NCBI GenBank assembly: GCA_965267575.1
Contig: OZ254086.1
Location: forward strand, 3,360,001-3,424,000
DNA from: Calditrichales bacterium
GTDB taxonomy: Bacteria; Calditrichota; Calditrichia; Calditrichales; J004
Reading direction: 5' to 3'
Length of the DNA stretch: 64,000 nucleotides
Part shown: positions 9,962 to 20,718 of the stretch, piece after piece
How positions within the stretch are numbered: position 1 is the stretch's first letter
Layout of the letters: each line of letters opens with the position of its first letter
Position numbers and translations under genes: made by a program
The notes under the pieces: model-generated
The model's input: only the letters and a program-made list of their open reading frames with translations
Told to the model about the DNA's origin: nothing
The model's database searches: none

Positions 9962-12900
9962 ATTTATACTCTTCCCAGCTTTTAATGTCCACCCTGCTTA
10001 AATCCACATTTTTTAACGCTTCAGCGAGGCGCATGGCTATTTGCCTGTTGGTAATCAGGTTAACGTTAAAATCAACCGCAGCCCTGCGGATGAGGTAGCC
10101 ATTTGACAATTCATCTTTCTGGTAACTCTTGGGGATATTTATTACCAGATCCACTACACGGTTACGGATATAATCAATCGTATTGGGACTCTTTTCTTCC
10201 AGCGGCCAATGCAGATGTTGGACATCAAAACCGTTTGCTTCCATAAAGCTTGCCGTTCCTTCCGTTGCAAAAAACTGCACACCCATATCGCGAAAAATGC
10301 GCAACGGTTCCAGCAGCTCGGCTTTGGACTCAATGGTACCGGAGGAGATCAGGATGCCTTTTGGCGGAAGACGATAACCCACGGCCATCAGCGCTTTGAG
10401 AAATGCCTCGTTAAAGTCCGGCCCCATGCAGGCAACTTCACCCGTTGACGCCATTTCCACACCCAGAACGGGGTCGGCACCTTCCAGGCGCATAAAGGAG
10501 AACTGGGGCGCTTTTACAGCCACATATTCATGCTCAAAAAGAGAAGCTTCAACCGGATCCACGTGGTCCGTCATGATCGCTTTCGTGGCAAGCTCAATAA
10601 AGTTCTTTTTGAATGTTTTGCTTACAAAAGGGAAGCTTCTCGAGGCTCGTAAATTGCATTCAATAACTTTTACACGATTGTTTTTTGCCAGGAACTGGAT
10701 ATTAAAAGGGCCGGTAATATTGAGGTTTTCGGCCAGTTTCCTGCCCACGGCGCGAATCCTGCGCATTGTTTCCAGATAAGTACGCTGGGCCGGCAAAACG
10801 AGCGTTGCATCACCTGAATGCACGCCTGCGTTTTCAACGTGCTCGGAGATTGCGTATGCGATGATGCGTCCTTTCTGGGCAACCGCGTCGTACTCCAGCT
10901 CTTTGGCGTTTTCATAAAATTTGCTGATAACCGTGGGATGGTCCGGGGAAATGTCGACTGCTTTTTTAAGGTAAGACTCCAGCTCTTCCGGATTGGAAGC
11001 CACGGCCATCGCCGCCCCGCTTAGCACATAGGATGGCCGGACAAGAACAGGATAACCGACACGCTGCGCAAAACGTGTGGCGTCTTCAATGGATGTCAGC
11101 TCCTGCCACAGAGGCTGGTCTATTTCAAGCTGATCAAGCAGGCCGCTGAATTTGCGACGGTTTTCTGCGCTGTCAATGGAATCGGGCGGCGTACCAAGAA
11201 TGGGAACCCCGGCTCTTTGCAGGGGCAGGGCCAGGTTGTTGGGAATTTGCCCGCCCATGGAAATAATGGCGCCTTCCGTATCAAACTTATGGTGTATTTC
11301 AACAATGTTTTCCAGGGTAATCTCATCAAAGAAAAGCTCATCGGATTCGTCATAATCTGTACTGACGGTCTCCGGGTTGTAATTGAGCATGATAGTATTG
11401 TAGCCTAAAGCCCTCAGTGTCCTTGTGGCGTTTACGGCACACCAGTCAAACTCAACAGAGCTGCCGATACGGTAGGCTCCTGAACCCAAAATGAGGACGC
11501 GCTTCTTAGCGTCTTTACCCAGTACGATGTCGTCATCGATGGCGCTGTAGGTCAGGTAAAGGTAGTTTGTCTCCGCGGGATATTCTGCTGCCAGCGTATC
11601 AATTTGCCGGATAAACGGCCTCAGGTTGAAGTCGTGACGCTTTGTGCGAATGTCAGTTTCGGTTGTTTTCATCAGCCGGGCAATCTGCCTGTCCGCAAAG
11701 CCGTACTTTTTTGCCTCGGCCAGTAGCGGTTTCTCGATGGTTTCAATTTTTTCTTTCGATAAGAGCATCTTCAGGTCGTGAATATGCTTTAGCTTCTCCA
11801 GAAACCACTTGTTGATATGGCTTAGGCGGTGGATCTTGTCAACGTCATAGCCTTCGGAAAAGGCATCGGCAATGGCAAAGAGCCGATATTGTGTCGGCTG
11901 GCTAAGCTCCTGCCCGATATCCTCAAAATCCACATTCGTGTTATCAAATCCGTCCCAGCCTGTTTCCAGCATGCGGATAGCTTTTTGCAGCGCTTCTTCA
12001 AAATTGCGGCCAATGGACATCACTTCACCGACCGACTTCATGCTACTGCCGATTCTCTTGGAGACCAGGCGGAATTTGTTGAGGTCCCAGCGCGGGATTT
12101 TTACCACAACATAGTCCAGCGCCGGTTCAAACATGGCCGATGTCTTGCGTGTCACGCTGTTTTCAAGGTCAAACAGGCCGTAGCCCAGCGCCAGTTTACA
12201 GGCCACATAGGCAAGGGGATAGCCCGTTGCTTTGGAAGCCAGGGCCGAACTGCGCGACAACCGGGCATTCACCTCGATAACGCGGTAATCTTCGGAGTCC
12301 GGGTTATAGGCAATCTGAATATTACATTCTCCGATAACACCCAGGTGCTGAATCGTTTTGATCGATACGTCGCGCAGAATATGATAGTCGCGGTTGGACA
12401 GTGTCTGGCTGGGAGCCACGACGATACTCTCGCCCGTATGAATGCCCATCGGGTCAAAATTTTCCATGTTGCAAACGGTAATACAGTTGTCAAAGCGATC
12501 GCGTACAACCTCGTATTCAACCTCTTTCCAGCCGGTCAGGTCTTCTTCGATCAGCACTTGTTCCGTATGCTGAAAAGCCACATGACACTTTTCACGCAAA
12601 GCTTTTTCGTCCTTGCATATCCCGGAGCCCAGACCGCCTAACGCAAAGGCCACCCGCAGCATGACCGGAAAGCCCAATTCCGCAGCTATCTCGTTGGCTT
12701 CTTTAAAGGACGTGGCCACACGGCTCCGTGCCGTCTTTACATCAATCTCCTTGAGCTTTTTTACAAACAGATCACGGTCTTCCGTGTCCAGAATGGATTG
12801 TACAGGTGTACCCAGTACGCGCACACTGTGTTTTTCCAGAATGCCTTTCTTAAAAAGCTCAACGCCGGTGTTCAGCGCTGTCTGACCGCCAAAACTTAGC

Positions 12901-13151
12901 AACAGTCCATCCGGTTTTTCTTTGGCGATTACCTCTTCCACAAACTTTGCGTTTACCGGTAAAAAGTAGACTTTATCCGCTAGGTGATCGGACGTCTGTA
13001 TCGTGGCGATATTGGGGTTTATCAGAATAGTTTCAATGTCTTCTGTTTTCAGCGCTTTGATGGCCTGGCTGCCGGAATAATCAAACTCCCCGGCTTCACC
13101 GATTTTGAGGGCCGCGCTGCCTAAAACAAGTACTTTTTTTATATTCTCCAT
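9960..13151 (-). CDS. carB: Carbamoyl-phosphate synthase large subunit
   Basis: IGEAGEFDYSGSQA, two ATP-grasp halves (EVNARLSRSSALASKATGYP; ECNLRASRSFPF), C-terminal MGS domain. Confidence 0.98.
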   Translation of the reverse strand: MENIKKVLVLGSAALKIGEAGEFDYSGSQAIKALKTEDIETILINPNIATIQTSDHLADKVYFLPVNAKFVEEVIAKEKPDGLLLSFGGQTALNTGVELFKKGILEKHSVRVLGTPVQSILDTEDRDLFVKKLKEIDVKTARSRVATSFKEANEIAAELGFPVMLRVAFALGGLGSGICKDEKALREKCHVAFQHTEQVLIEEDLTGWKEVEYEVVRDRFDNCITVCNMENFDPMGIHTGESIVVAPSQTLSNRDYHILRDVSIKTIQHLGVIGECNIQIAYNPDSEDYRVIEVNARLSRSSALASKATGYPLAYVACKLALGYGLFDLENSVTRKTSAMFEPALDYVVVKIPRWDLNKFRLVSKRIGSSMKSVGEVMSIGRNFEEALQKAIRMLETGWDGFDNTNVDFEDIGQELSQPTQYRLFAIADAFSEGYDVDKIHRLSHINKWFLEKLKHIHDLKMLLSKEKIETIEKPLLAEAKKYGFADRQIARLMKTTETDIRTKRHDFNLRPFIRQIDTLAAEYPAETNYLYLTYSAIDDDIVLGKDAKKRVLILGSGAYRIGSSVEFDWCAVNATRTLRALGYNTIMLNYNPETVSTDYDESDELFFDEITLENIVEIHHKFDTEGAIISMGGQIPNNLALPLQRAGVPILGTPPDSIDSAENRRKFSGLLDQLEIDQPLWQELTSIEDATRFAQRVGYPVLVRPSYVLSGAAMAVASNPEELESYLKKAVDISPDHPTVISKFYENAKELEYDAVAQKGRIIAYAISEHVENAGVHSGDATLVLPAQRTYLETMRRIRAVGRKLAENLNITGPFNIQFLAKNNRVKVIECNLRASRSFPFVSKTFKKNFIELATKAIMTDHVDPVEASLFEHEYVAVKAPQFSFMRLEGADPVLGVEMASTGEVACMGPDFNEAFLKALMAVGYRLPPKGILISSGTIESKAELLEPLRIFRDMGVQFFATEGTASFMEANGFDVQHLHWPLEEKSPNTIDYIRNRVVDLVINIPKSYQKDELSNGYLIRRAAVDFNVNLITNRQIAMRLAEALKNVDLSRVDIKSWEEYK

Positions 13152-14209
13152 TATAATAGCTCTGTAAATTTGTTAAAGATTATCGATGTGTCATAGGGGC
13201 CGGGCGCTGCTTCCGGGTGGAACTGAACGCTGAGAAAACGGCCGCTTTCGTGGATGATACCTTCGTTCGTGTGGTCGTTCAGATTGTTGAAGTAGGGTTT
13301 CCACTCTTTGGGCAGGGTATCATTATCAACGGCGAATCCGTGGTTCTGCGATGTGACATAGCAGCGATTTGTGCCGCTTTCACGTACCGGCTGATTCTGA
13401 CTGCGGTGACCGAATTTAAGCTTGAATGTTTTCGCGCCGGCGGCCAGGGCCATCACCTGGTGTCCCAGGCAAATACCAAGCAAGGGTTTTTCAGTACGGT
13501 AAATCTTTTTTACCTGTTCGATGACATCCGTGCACAGGGCGGGATCGCCCGGTCCGCTGGAGATGACATAGCCGTCTACCTTCTCGGTCGTCATATCGTG
13601 CTTCCAGGGTAGTCGGATTACTTCCAGGTCACGATCCAGGAGGTTGGTCAGAATGGATTGTTTGCAGCCGCAATCCAGCAGCGCCACCCGTCTGCGCCCG
13701 CCCTCGTTATGTAGTTTGGGCTCAGGGATAGTCACTTCATCAAGCAGGTTTTTGGCGTTTGGATCATACCACTCCACGTCCTGGTCTTGGGCAATTATTT
13801 TGCCCAGGCAGGCGCCTTTTTCCCGCAGATGCTGGGTGAGTGCGCGCGTATCGACGCCGGTAAGCGCCGGTATCTTTTCGCTTTTAAGCCACGCGTCCAG
13901 GGACATGCGGGCGTCATGGTGTGCAAATTGATCGGAATATTCCGAGACAATTAGTCCTTTGGCCTGAATGCGCACCGATTCAAAGGAACGCGCTTCCCTG
14001 GGATCGCCGACGCCGTAATTGCCAATCAGCGGATAGGTGAGTGTAAGGATCTGCCCGTAAAAGGACGGGTCTGTGAGGGCTTCCGTGTAACCTACCATGC
14101 CGGTGCTGAAAACGACCTCACCGGACACGGAAGTCGGGTGCCCGAATAGACGGCCTTCAAATCGGGTACCGTCTTCGAGGATAAGATATCCGTTGTTGTG
14201 TATGTTCAT
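13151..14209 (-). CDS. carA: Carbamoyl-phosphate synthase small subunit
   Basis: GEVVFSTGMVGY..LTDPS, catalytic GICLGHQ, SQNHGFAV, QFHPE. Its stop overlaps the carB start. Confidence 0.97.
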   Translation of the reverse strand: MNIHNNGYLILEDGTRFEGRLFGHPTSVSGEVVFSTGMVGYTEALTDPSFYGQILTLTYPLIGNYGVGDPREARSFESVRIQAKGLIVSEYSDQFAHHDARMSLDAWLKSEKIPALTGVDTRALTQHLREKGACLGKIIAQDQDVEWYDPNAKNLLDEVTIPEPKLHNEGGRRRVALLDCGCKQSILTNLLDRDLEVIRLPWKHDMTTEKVDGYVISSGPGDPALCTDVIEQVKKIYRTEKPLLGICLGHQVMALAAGAKTFKLKFGHRSQNQPVRESGTNRCYVTSQNHGFAVDNDTLPKEWKPYFNNLNDHTNEGIIHESGRFLSVQFHPEAAPGPYDTSIIFNKFTELL

Positions 14210-14313
14210 AGGGGATTGTTTCTTTTTTGGGATTTAAATATAAGTTACTGTGCTTTATAATGAAAAACTTATTTCTTAATTTCGAAGTTTGCAGAAATGA
14301 TGAGGCTTAGATT

Positions 14314-14868
14314 ATGAAACTCTATACCGGGTTTGGTGACAAAGGTGAAACCGCCCTGTTTGGCGGCGAAATCGTTAAAAAAAATCATGCGCGTGTTGAG
14401 ACCTATGGTTCATTGGATGAATTGAATTCCGTCGTTGGCCTGCTGAGGGTAAAGAATAAAAATCAAACAGTCGATGAACTGCTTAACACTATTCAAAATG
14501 AGCTGTTTGTTTTTGGGGCAGAGGTGGCGACGCCAAGTCAAAGCCGGCGCGAAAAATTCAGCGACCAGATCGGTAAAAAGCATATCAGCGCGTTGGAACA
14601 AGCTATCGATGACATCGCCGCGAAATCGCCGGAATTGAAAGCATTTGTTTTGCCCGGTGGCAGCGAAGCCGCGGCTTTCGCGCATCTGGCACGGACCGTG
14701 TGCCGACGCTGCGAGCGCGCTTTGATAAAACTGAATGACGAGTCAACTGTTCGCGAAGAATTGATAATCTACCTTAACCGCCTGAGCGATCTGCTATTTG
14801 CAATAGCCCGTTATGAAAATGTGCTTAATAATACGGAAGATATACCATGGACCGGACTGCGAAAGTGA
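14314..14868 (+). CDS. pduO: ATP:cob(I)alamin adenosyltransferase, PduO type
   Basis: LYTG.GDKGET.L, YGSLDELNS, FVLPGG, ARTVCRRCER, YLNRLSDLLF. Confidence 0.93.
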   Translation: MKLYTGFGDKGETALFGGEIVKKNHARVETYGSLDELNSVVGLLRVKNKNQTVDELLNTIQNELFVFGAEVATPSQSRREKFSDQIGKKHISALEQAIDDIAAKSPELKAFVLPGGSEAAAFAHLARTVCRRCERALIKLNDESTVREELIIYLNRLSDLLFAIARYENVLNNTEDIPWTGLRK

Positions 14869-14873
14869 AATCT

Positions 14874-17078
14874 ATGAATTATATAAAAACGTGGTTGTTA
14901 ATATCCATCCTTTTTTTTCCTGCCATCGGTTTAGGGCAAATCCCCGATGGCTATTATGATAAAGCCGAAGGCAAAAGCGGGGAAAACCTGAAAAGCGCTC
15001 TGCACGATATTGTCAATCAACACAAGGTTTTTTCTTACAGCAGTTTGTGGAATGTATTGCGCTACACGGATGAAGACACGGCCAACACCGATAATGTCAT
15101 TTTGCTTTATACGGGGCGCTCACAATCGAAATTTTTTAGCGGCGGTGATCCCGATGAGTGGAACCGCGAGCACGTATGGGCAAAATCGCACGGATTTCCG
15201 GATGAAAGCGATACGGCCTATACCGACGCCCATCATATCCGGCCGACCGATGTTTCCGTAAACGGTTCGCGCGGCAACCTGGATTTTGATAATGGCGGAT
15301 CGCCGCATCCCGAAGCGACGGAGTGCTTTTTTGACAATGATTCCTGGGAACCTCGTGATGCGGTAAAGGGCGACGTTGCGCGCATGATGTTCTACATGGC
15401 CGTTCGTTATGAGCAGGACGGAGAATATGACTTGGAACTGGTTGAAGGTATTCCTTCATCCGGGCCGACTTTCGGCAAGCTGACGACATTGCTGCAATGG
15501 CATGAAAGCGATCCCGTTGACAACTATGAAAGACGGCGTAACGACAGGATTTACAGTTATCAGAACAACCGCAATCCATTTATTGACCATCCGGAATACG
15601 TTGATCTGATCTGGAAAGAAGAGATAAAGCCGGAACCGGAACGCCATGTTCGAAACCTTGAAGCCGGCGCCGTGGGCACCTCGGTTACTCTGACATGGGA
15701 TGACGCGATCGGCCAGGTATTGCCGGAATATTACCTGATTATGGCAAGTGACGGCGGTTTTGCCGGAATCACAAATCCGCAAGACGGCACTTCATATGAA
15801 GATGATGTCAACCTTGGCGATGGCGCGGCAATTGTTACCGTGCCCTACAGAGAAACATCCTTTATCTTCGAAAATCTATCGCCGACGCGAACATACTATT
15901 TCAAGATATACAGCTACAACAACACGGGTGTTAACAGCGACTACAAAACGGACGGAGATATACCACAGGCCAGTGCTGTTACCGGTGGCGCCGGATTAGC
16001 CGGAGAGCTGATCATCTCCGAATATGTTGAAGGATCGGGGTTTGATAAGTATGTGGAAATATTTAACGGGTCTGAAAATAGTATTGATCTTTCTGCCTAC
16101 GATGTGCAAGTCTATTTCAACGGAAGCAGCGGCGCGGGAAGTACAATCGCTTTAAACGGAATGCTGGAGAGCGGCAAGGCTTTTGTACTGGCGCATCCGT
16201 CGGCCACATCCTGGAGCGGCACGCCCGATTTAACGAGCGCTGATCTGGGCTTTAACGGCAACGATGTGGTGCTGTTGCGTAAAAACAGCATCGGTATTGA
16301 TATAATTGGCGAAATCGGCAGCAGTGAAGAGCTTTTTGCGGATAAAACGTTGCGCCGCAAAGCCGAAATAAACGCGCCATCGGACAACTACGATCCATCA
16401 CAATGGGATGAACCGGGCCTGGTTTTTGAAGATTTGGGCCGGCATACAATGAACAGCCTGCTACCCGTGCAGCTGGTCTATTTTGACGGCGAGATGACCC
16501 AGAGCGACAGTGCTCAATTAAGCTGGCAAACATCTTCTGAAGAAGAGATTAAAGGATTTGCGCTAAAACGATCTGACAATGAAGGCGCGACTTTTGTGCC
16601 GGTGGCAGGGCCGGACGCATTGCCGGGAAAAGGCAGCGCGGAGCAGGGCGCCGATTACATTTTCAACGATGCGCCGGACGTACAGGCGGCTTTTTATCTT
16701 TACCGCCTGTATGCGGTCAATTTGCAGGATGCAGAGGTTCTGCTTGATGAAACGACGGTTACTCGGGCCACTAGACTTGAAGAAAAGGGCCTTTTGCCTG
16801 AAAGCGCACGACTGAAGCAAAGCTATCCCAACCCCTTTAATCCTTCAACAACGATTCCGGTGCAGGTTCACAAAGCCGGCCGCCTGCTTCTGGAAATCTA
16901 TGATGTTTCCGGACGACGGGTTCAAAGGCTTTATTACGGTGCGGTAAATGCCGGCAATTACAGCTTTACGTGGCATGGGGTTTATGAAAACGGAAGCAAA
17001 GCCGGATCGGGAATATATTTTGTCCGCGCAAACCTGAATGGAATGGTGATGTCACAAAAAATAATCCTTCTGAAATAG
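14874..17078 (+). CDS. Secreted endonuclease I (Bsn/EndA-like) with Fn3-like, lamin-tail (LTD) and C-terminal sorting domains
   Basis: Signal peptide; WNREHVW.KSHG, KGDVARMMFYMAVRY, QNNRNPFIDHPE; LTD motif IISEYVEGS..KYVEIFN; YPNPFNP tail. Start moved to ATG 14874. Confidence 0.88.
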   Translation: MNYIKTWLLISILFFPAIGLGQIPDGYYDKAEGKSGENLKSALHDIVNQHKVFSYSSLWNVLRYTDEDTANTDNVILLYTGRSQSKFFSGGDPDEWNREHVWAKSHGFPDESDTAYTDAHHIRPTDVSVNGSRGNLDFDNGGSPHPEATECFFDNDSWEPRDAVKGDVARMMFYMAVRYEQDGEYDLELVEGIPSSGPTFGKLTTLLQWHESDPVDNYERRRNDRIYSYQNNRNPFIDHPEYVDLIWKEEIKPEPERHVRNLEAGAVGTSVTLTWDDAIGQVLPEYYLIMASDGGFAGITNPQDGTSYEDDVNLGDGAAIVTVPYRETSFIFENLSPTRTYYFKIYSYNNTGVNSDYKTDGDIPQASAVTGGAGLAGELIISEYVEGSGFDKYVEIFNGSENSIDLSAYDVQVYFNGSSGAGSTIALNGMLESGKAFVLAHPSATSWSGTPDLTSADLGFNGNDVVLLRKNSIGIDIIGEIGSSEELFADKTLRRKAEINAPSDNYDPSQWDEPGLVFEDLGRHTMNSLLPVQLVYFDGEMTQSDSAQLSWQTSSEEEIKGFALKRSDNEGATFVPVAGPDALPGKGSAEQGADYIFNDAPDVQAAFYLYRLYAVNLQDAEVLLDETTVTRATRLEEKGLLPESARLKQSYPNPFNPSTTIPVQVHKAGRLLLEIYDVSGRRVQRLYYGAVNAGNYSFTWHGVYENGSKAGSGIYFVRANLNGMVMSQKIILLK

Positions 17079-17192
17079 CCTGCTTTTGCCAAAAGTATAT
17101 CGTTATAAATAGTGCTCGGTCTTTTCTTTTTTGTTTAGCCGGATTGTATGCCTGCCGATAATGGAGAGAATACTTCAAGGAGGAAATTTTAA

Positions 17193-19397
17193 TTGTTTCG
17201 ATCAATATGGATGTTGTTATTGCCGTTGGTGCTGCTTGCCCAAATTCCCGCGGGCTATTACGACAGCGCAGCGGGCAAAAGCGGCAATGAGCTGAAGAAC
17301 ACGCTGCATAATATCATAAATGACCACGTGCGTTATCCCTATTCATCCACATCCACGGATGTGTGGGATATTTTGATGTATTGCGACGAGGACAGCACCA
17401 ACACGGATAACGTAATTTTGCTCTATACCGGGCGTTCACAGGCAAAAAGCCTAAACGCCAGCCTTGGCAGCGATCCCGACTACTGGAACCGTGAACATGT
17501 CTGGTCAAAGTCGCACGGCTTTCCCAATGAAAGTGACACAGCCTATACCGATGTTCACCATCTGCGCCCGGTTGATGCTTCGGTAAACAGCTCACGCAGC
17601 AATAAGGATTTTGATAATGGCGGTGAACCGCACAGTGAGGCCACGGAATGCAATGCCGACAGCGATTCCTGGGAGGTGCGCGATGCGGTGAAAGGGGATG
17701 TGGCGCGCATGATGTTTTATATGGCTGTGCGCTATGAGGAAGACGGCAATTATGATCTGGAACTGGTGGAGACAATACCGTCATCCGGACCACAGTTTGC
17801 CAAACTGGCTACCCTGCTTGAGTGGCACCAGAATGATCCGGTGGATGCCGGAGAAAGACGCCGCAACGACCGCGTGTACAGCTACCAAAACAACCGCAAC
17901 CCGTTTATTGATCATCCCGAATATGTGGATTTAATCTGGGGCAGCGCCTCCATCAAAGAGGAGCCGTCGAACCACGTCAGCGGCTTCAGCGCCACGGGCA
18001 ATGGTCTCACCGTCGATCTGTCATGGAGCGATGGCGGCGGCGCGGTGACGGCAGACTATTATCTAATCAAGGGTTCAACCAGTGGGTTTTCAGCCATTGC
18101 TGATCCGCAGGATAGCGTTGCCGTCAGCGATGATACAGACTTTTCCGATGGCAGTGCGACCGTAAATGTGGCTTATGGTACGACCAGCTATACCTTTGAA
18201 AATCTTTCCGAAAGCAGCTCATACTTTTTTAAAATTTACAGCTTCACCAACAGCGGCGTTAACAGTAACTACAAAATCGATGGCACTATTTCACAGGACA
18301 GCGCCGAAACCGGGTCCTCGTCCGGCGCTACTAATCTGTTCATTTCAGAATATGTGGAAGGGTCGTCTTATGATAAATACCTGGAGCTGTACAACGGTAC
18401 TTCAGGCAGTATTGATCTCTCCGGCTATGACATCCAGATATACTATAACGGCGATTTGAGTCCGGGTACGACTATCTCCTTTTCGGGAACGCTTTCACCG
18501 GGTCAGACTTTCGTTATCGCCCATGGCAGTGCCGCATCGTGGGGCGGTTCGCCCGATCTTTCCACGTCGGCCCTGAACTTCAACGGCAATGATGTGGTTG
18601 TACTGCGCAAGGGTTCCACGGACATAGATATTATCGGTGCTAAGGGCAGCACCGACTATCTTTACCAGGATAAAACAATGTGTCGGTCTTCAACGGTCAC
18701 AGGTCCATCCGGCACATACCAAAGCAGCGAATGGACAGAACCGGGGCTCAGCTTTGATAATTTGGGCACGCACAATATGGACAATCCGTTGCCGGTAAAA
18801 GTGCTTTTTTTCCGGTCATCGCAAAACAGAAATCATGTGCACCTGCAATGGCAAACCGGCGCCGAAATACGTAACCGCGGTTTCCGGCTTTTCCGCTCGG
18901 AAAACGGCGGGCCATTTGCGCTTGTTGCCGGTGAAAGCGAGCTGAGAGGGCAGGGCAACAGCAACATAATTAAAGATTACAGCTATCGTGATACGCCGCC
19001 GCGCGCCGCGCAATACATCTACCGGCTTTATGATCTGGATTACAACGGGCACAGCACAATGCTGGCTGAAACAGCGATAGATTTCACAGCAGAGTCAAGG
19101 CAATCGGGCATGCAGCCTTTAACAACGGCGATTAACGGCAATGTGCCCAACCCCTTTAACAGTACAACGCAGATTGCATTTATGTGTGATGAAGCGCAGC
19201 AGGTGGAACTGGCAGTTTATGATATCCGCGGACGCTTTGTAAAGATGCTTTTTCGCGGCCAGGCTCCGGCCGGAGAGAGTAGTGTGCGCTGGAACGGCCA
19301 AAGTGCCGCCGGAATTGATGTAGCCAGCGGTGTGTACATTTATGTTTTCAAAAGCCCTCGTCTGCAAGCCAGTCAAAGAATGTTGCTGATTCGCTGA
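17193..19397 (+). CDS. Secreted endonuclease I paralog with the same architecture
   Basis: Same nuclease, LTD and PNPFN motifs. TTG start preceded by AAGGAGG. Confidence 0.88.
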   Translation: MFRSIWMLLLPLVLLAQIPAGYYDSAAGKSGNELKNTLHNIINDHVRYPYSSTSTDVWDILMYCDEDSTNTDNVILLYTGRSQAKSLNASLGSDPDYWNREHVWSKSHGFPNESDTAYTDVHHLRPVDASVNSSRSNKDFDNGGEPHSEATECNADSDSWEVRDAVKGDVARMMFYMAVRYEEDGNYDLELVETIPSSGPQFAKLATLLEWHQNDPVDAGERRRNDRVYSYQNNRNPFIDHPEYVDLIWGSASIKEEPSNHVSGFSATGNGLTVDLSWSDGGGAVTADYYLIKGSTSGFSAIADPQDSVAVSDDTDFSDGSATVNVAYGTTSYTFENLSESSSYFFKIYSFTNSGVNSNYKIDGTISQDSAETGSSSGATNLFISEYVEGSSYDKYLELYNGTSGSIDLSGYDIQIYYNGDLSPGTTISFSGTLSPGQTFVIAHGSAASWGGSPDLSTSALNFNGNDVVVLRKGSTDIDIIGAKGSTDYLYQDKTMCRSSTVTGPSGTYQSSEWTEPGLSFDNLGTHNMDNPLPVKVLFFRSSQNRNHVHLQWQTGAEIRNRGFRLFRSENGGPFALVAGESELRGQGNSNIIKDYSYRDTPPRAAQYIYRLYDLDYNGHSTMLAETAIDFTAESRQSGMQPLTTAINGNVPNPFNSTTQIAFMCDEAQQVELAVYDIRGRFVKMLFRGQAPAGESSVRWNGQSAAGIDVASGVYIYVFKSPRLQASQRMLLIR

Positions 19398-19473
19398 TTC
19401 TTTTTGTGGATATTTTAGATCGGCTAACCTAAATTTGCCCTTGTTAAACGACCGACTCAGGAAATCTCCGTTT

Positions 19474-20718
19474 ATGTACGCCTTTGATGTTGATGTGGCC
19501 GTTTTGGGCGCAGGCCCGGGTGGCGCCACCGCTTCCATTTTTCTTTCCCGTGAAAATATCGATCATGTTGTGCTGGAAAAGGCCCGTTATCCGCGTGACA
19601 AAGTGTGCGGTGATGCCCTGAGCGGCAAAGTCGTTGCCGTGCTTAATTCGATCGATCCTAAAATAGCCTACGAATTTGATGAGAGTCCTGACTATATGAA
19701 TTGTTGGGGTGTGCAGTTTATCGCACCCAACGGCCGCGCGCTGGACATACCTTTCCGCAAGGACAAAAGCGAGCAGCCTTACGCGCCGGGCTTTATCGCC
19801 AAACGCCAGGTTTTTGATAATTACATGTTCGGGTTGATTGATTCATCCCGCGCGGATGTCCGTCAGGGTTGTACGGTAAAAGATGTCCGCGATATGGGCA
19901 ATGCTATTGAGATAGATTTTGTGGACGATGGGGAAGAAAAGACCGGACGCGCCAAAGTGGTAATCGGCGCCGAAGGGGACCGTTCCGTCGTGGCTAAAAA
20001 GCTTGCCGCGCATAAAATGGATCGCCGCTATTATGCCGCCGGACTGCGCGCCTACTACAAAAACGTGGGCCACATGCACGAGCAAAGCTTCATAGAGCTG
20101 CATTATATAAAAGATGTATTGCCCGGCTACCTGTGGATATTTCCGTTACCGAACAACGAGGCAAATGTCGGCATTGGCCTGCTTTCCGAAAAGCTGGAAA
20201 ATAAAAGCCTCAATCTAAAAAAAATGATGCTGGATCAGCTCGAAACTCATCCCAATCTGAAAGATCGTTTTGCCACGGCGGAGCTTGTTGATTCCATCCG
20301 CGGCTGGGGATTGCCCCTCGGCTCCGTAAAACGTAATCTCAGCGGTGAACGTTTTATGCTGGTGGGGGATGCCGGCTCACTGATTGATCCGTTTACCGGG
20401 GAAGGCATCGGTAACGCCATGGTCAGTGGCCGCTTTGCCGGAAAACTTGCTGCCAAAGCCATTCGTGAAAAGAATTTCAGCGCCGCTTTTTTGAAGGAAT
20501 ATGAAAACCAGGTCTATACCAAACTGTGGGATGAACTGCGGCTCAGTTATACGATTCAGCGTTTGGTTAATTTTCCCTGGTTATTCAATTTTGTTGTTAA
20601 CCACGCCCTGAGAAACAAAACCGTTCAGGAAACCATGTCCTGCATGTTCGAAGACCTGAATATGCGCGCCAAACTTAAGTCGCCCGCGTTTTATTTTAAG
20701 CTGTTGTTCGATTTTTAG
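19474..20718 (+). CDS. Geranylgeranyl reductase family FAD oxidoreductase
   Basis: GAGPGG, PRDKVCGD, GYLWIFP, NVGIG, LVGDAGSLIDPFTGEGIGNAM. Confidence 0.88.
   Translation: MYAFDVDVAVLGAGPGGATASIFLSRENIDHVVLEKARYPRDKVCGDALSGKVVAVLNSIDPKIAYEFDESPDYMNCWGVQFIAPNGRALDIPFRKDKSEQPYAPGFIAKRQVFDNYMFGLIDSSRADVRQGCTVKDVRDMGNAIEIDFVDDGEEKTGRAKVVIGAEGDRSVVAKKLAAHKMDRRYYAAGLRAYYKNVGHMHEQSFIELHYIKDVLPGYLWIFPLPNNEANVGIGLLSEKLENKSLNLKKMMLDQLETHPNLKDRFATAELVDSIRGWGLPLGSVKRNLSGERFMLVGDAGSLIDPFTGEGIGNAMVSGRFAGKLAAKAIREKNFSAAFLKEYENQVYTKLWDELRLSYTIQRLVNFPWLFNFVVNHALRNKTVQETMSCMFEDLNMRAKLKSPAFYFKLLFDF

Noticed and set aside
11829..12641. 270-aa plus-strand ORF inside carB, and similar antisense ORFs in the MFP gene, pruA, ALDH7 and the giant gene
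   Set aside because: No recognisable motifs; they are the expected antisense frames opposite well-supported genes.
14210..14313. Possible PyrR attenuator, ARG box or cobalamin riboswitch between carA and pduO
   Set aside because: Short AT-rich spacer with none of the expected motifs.
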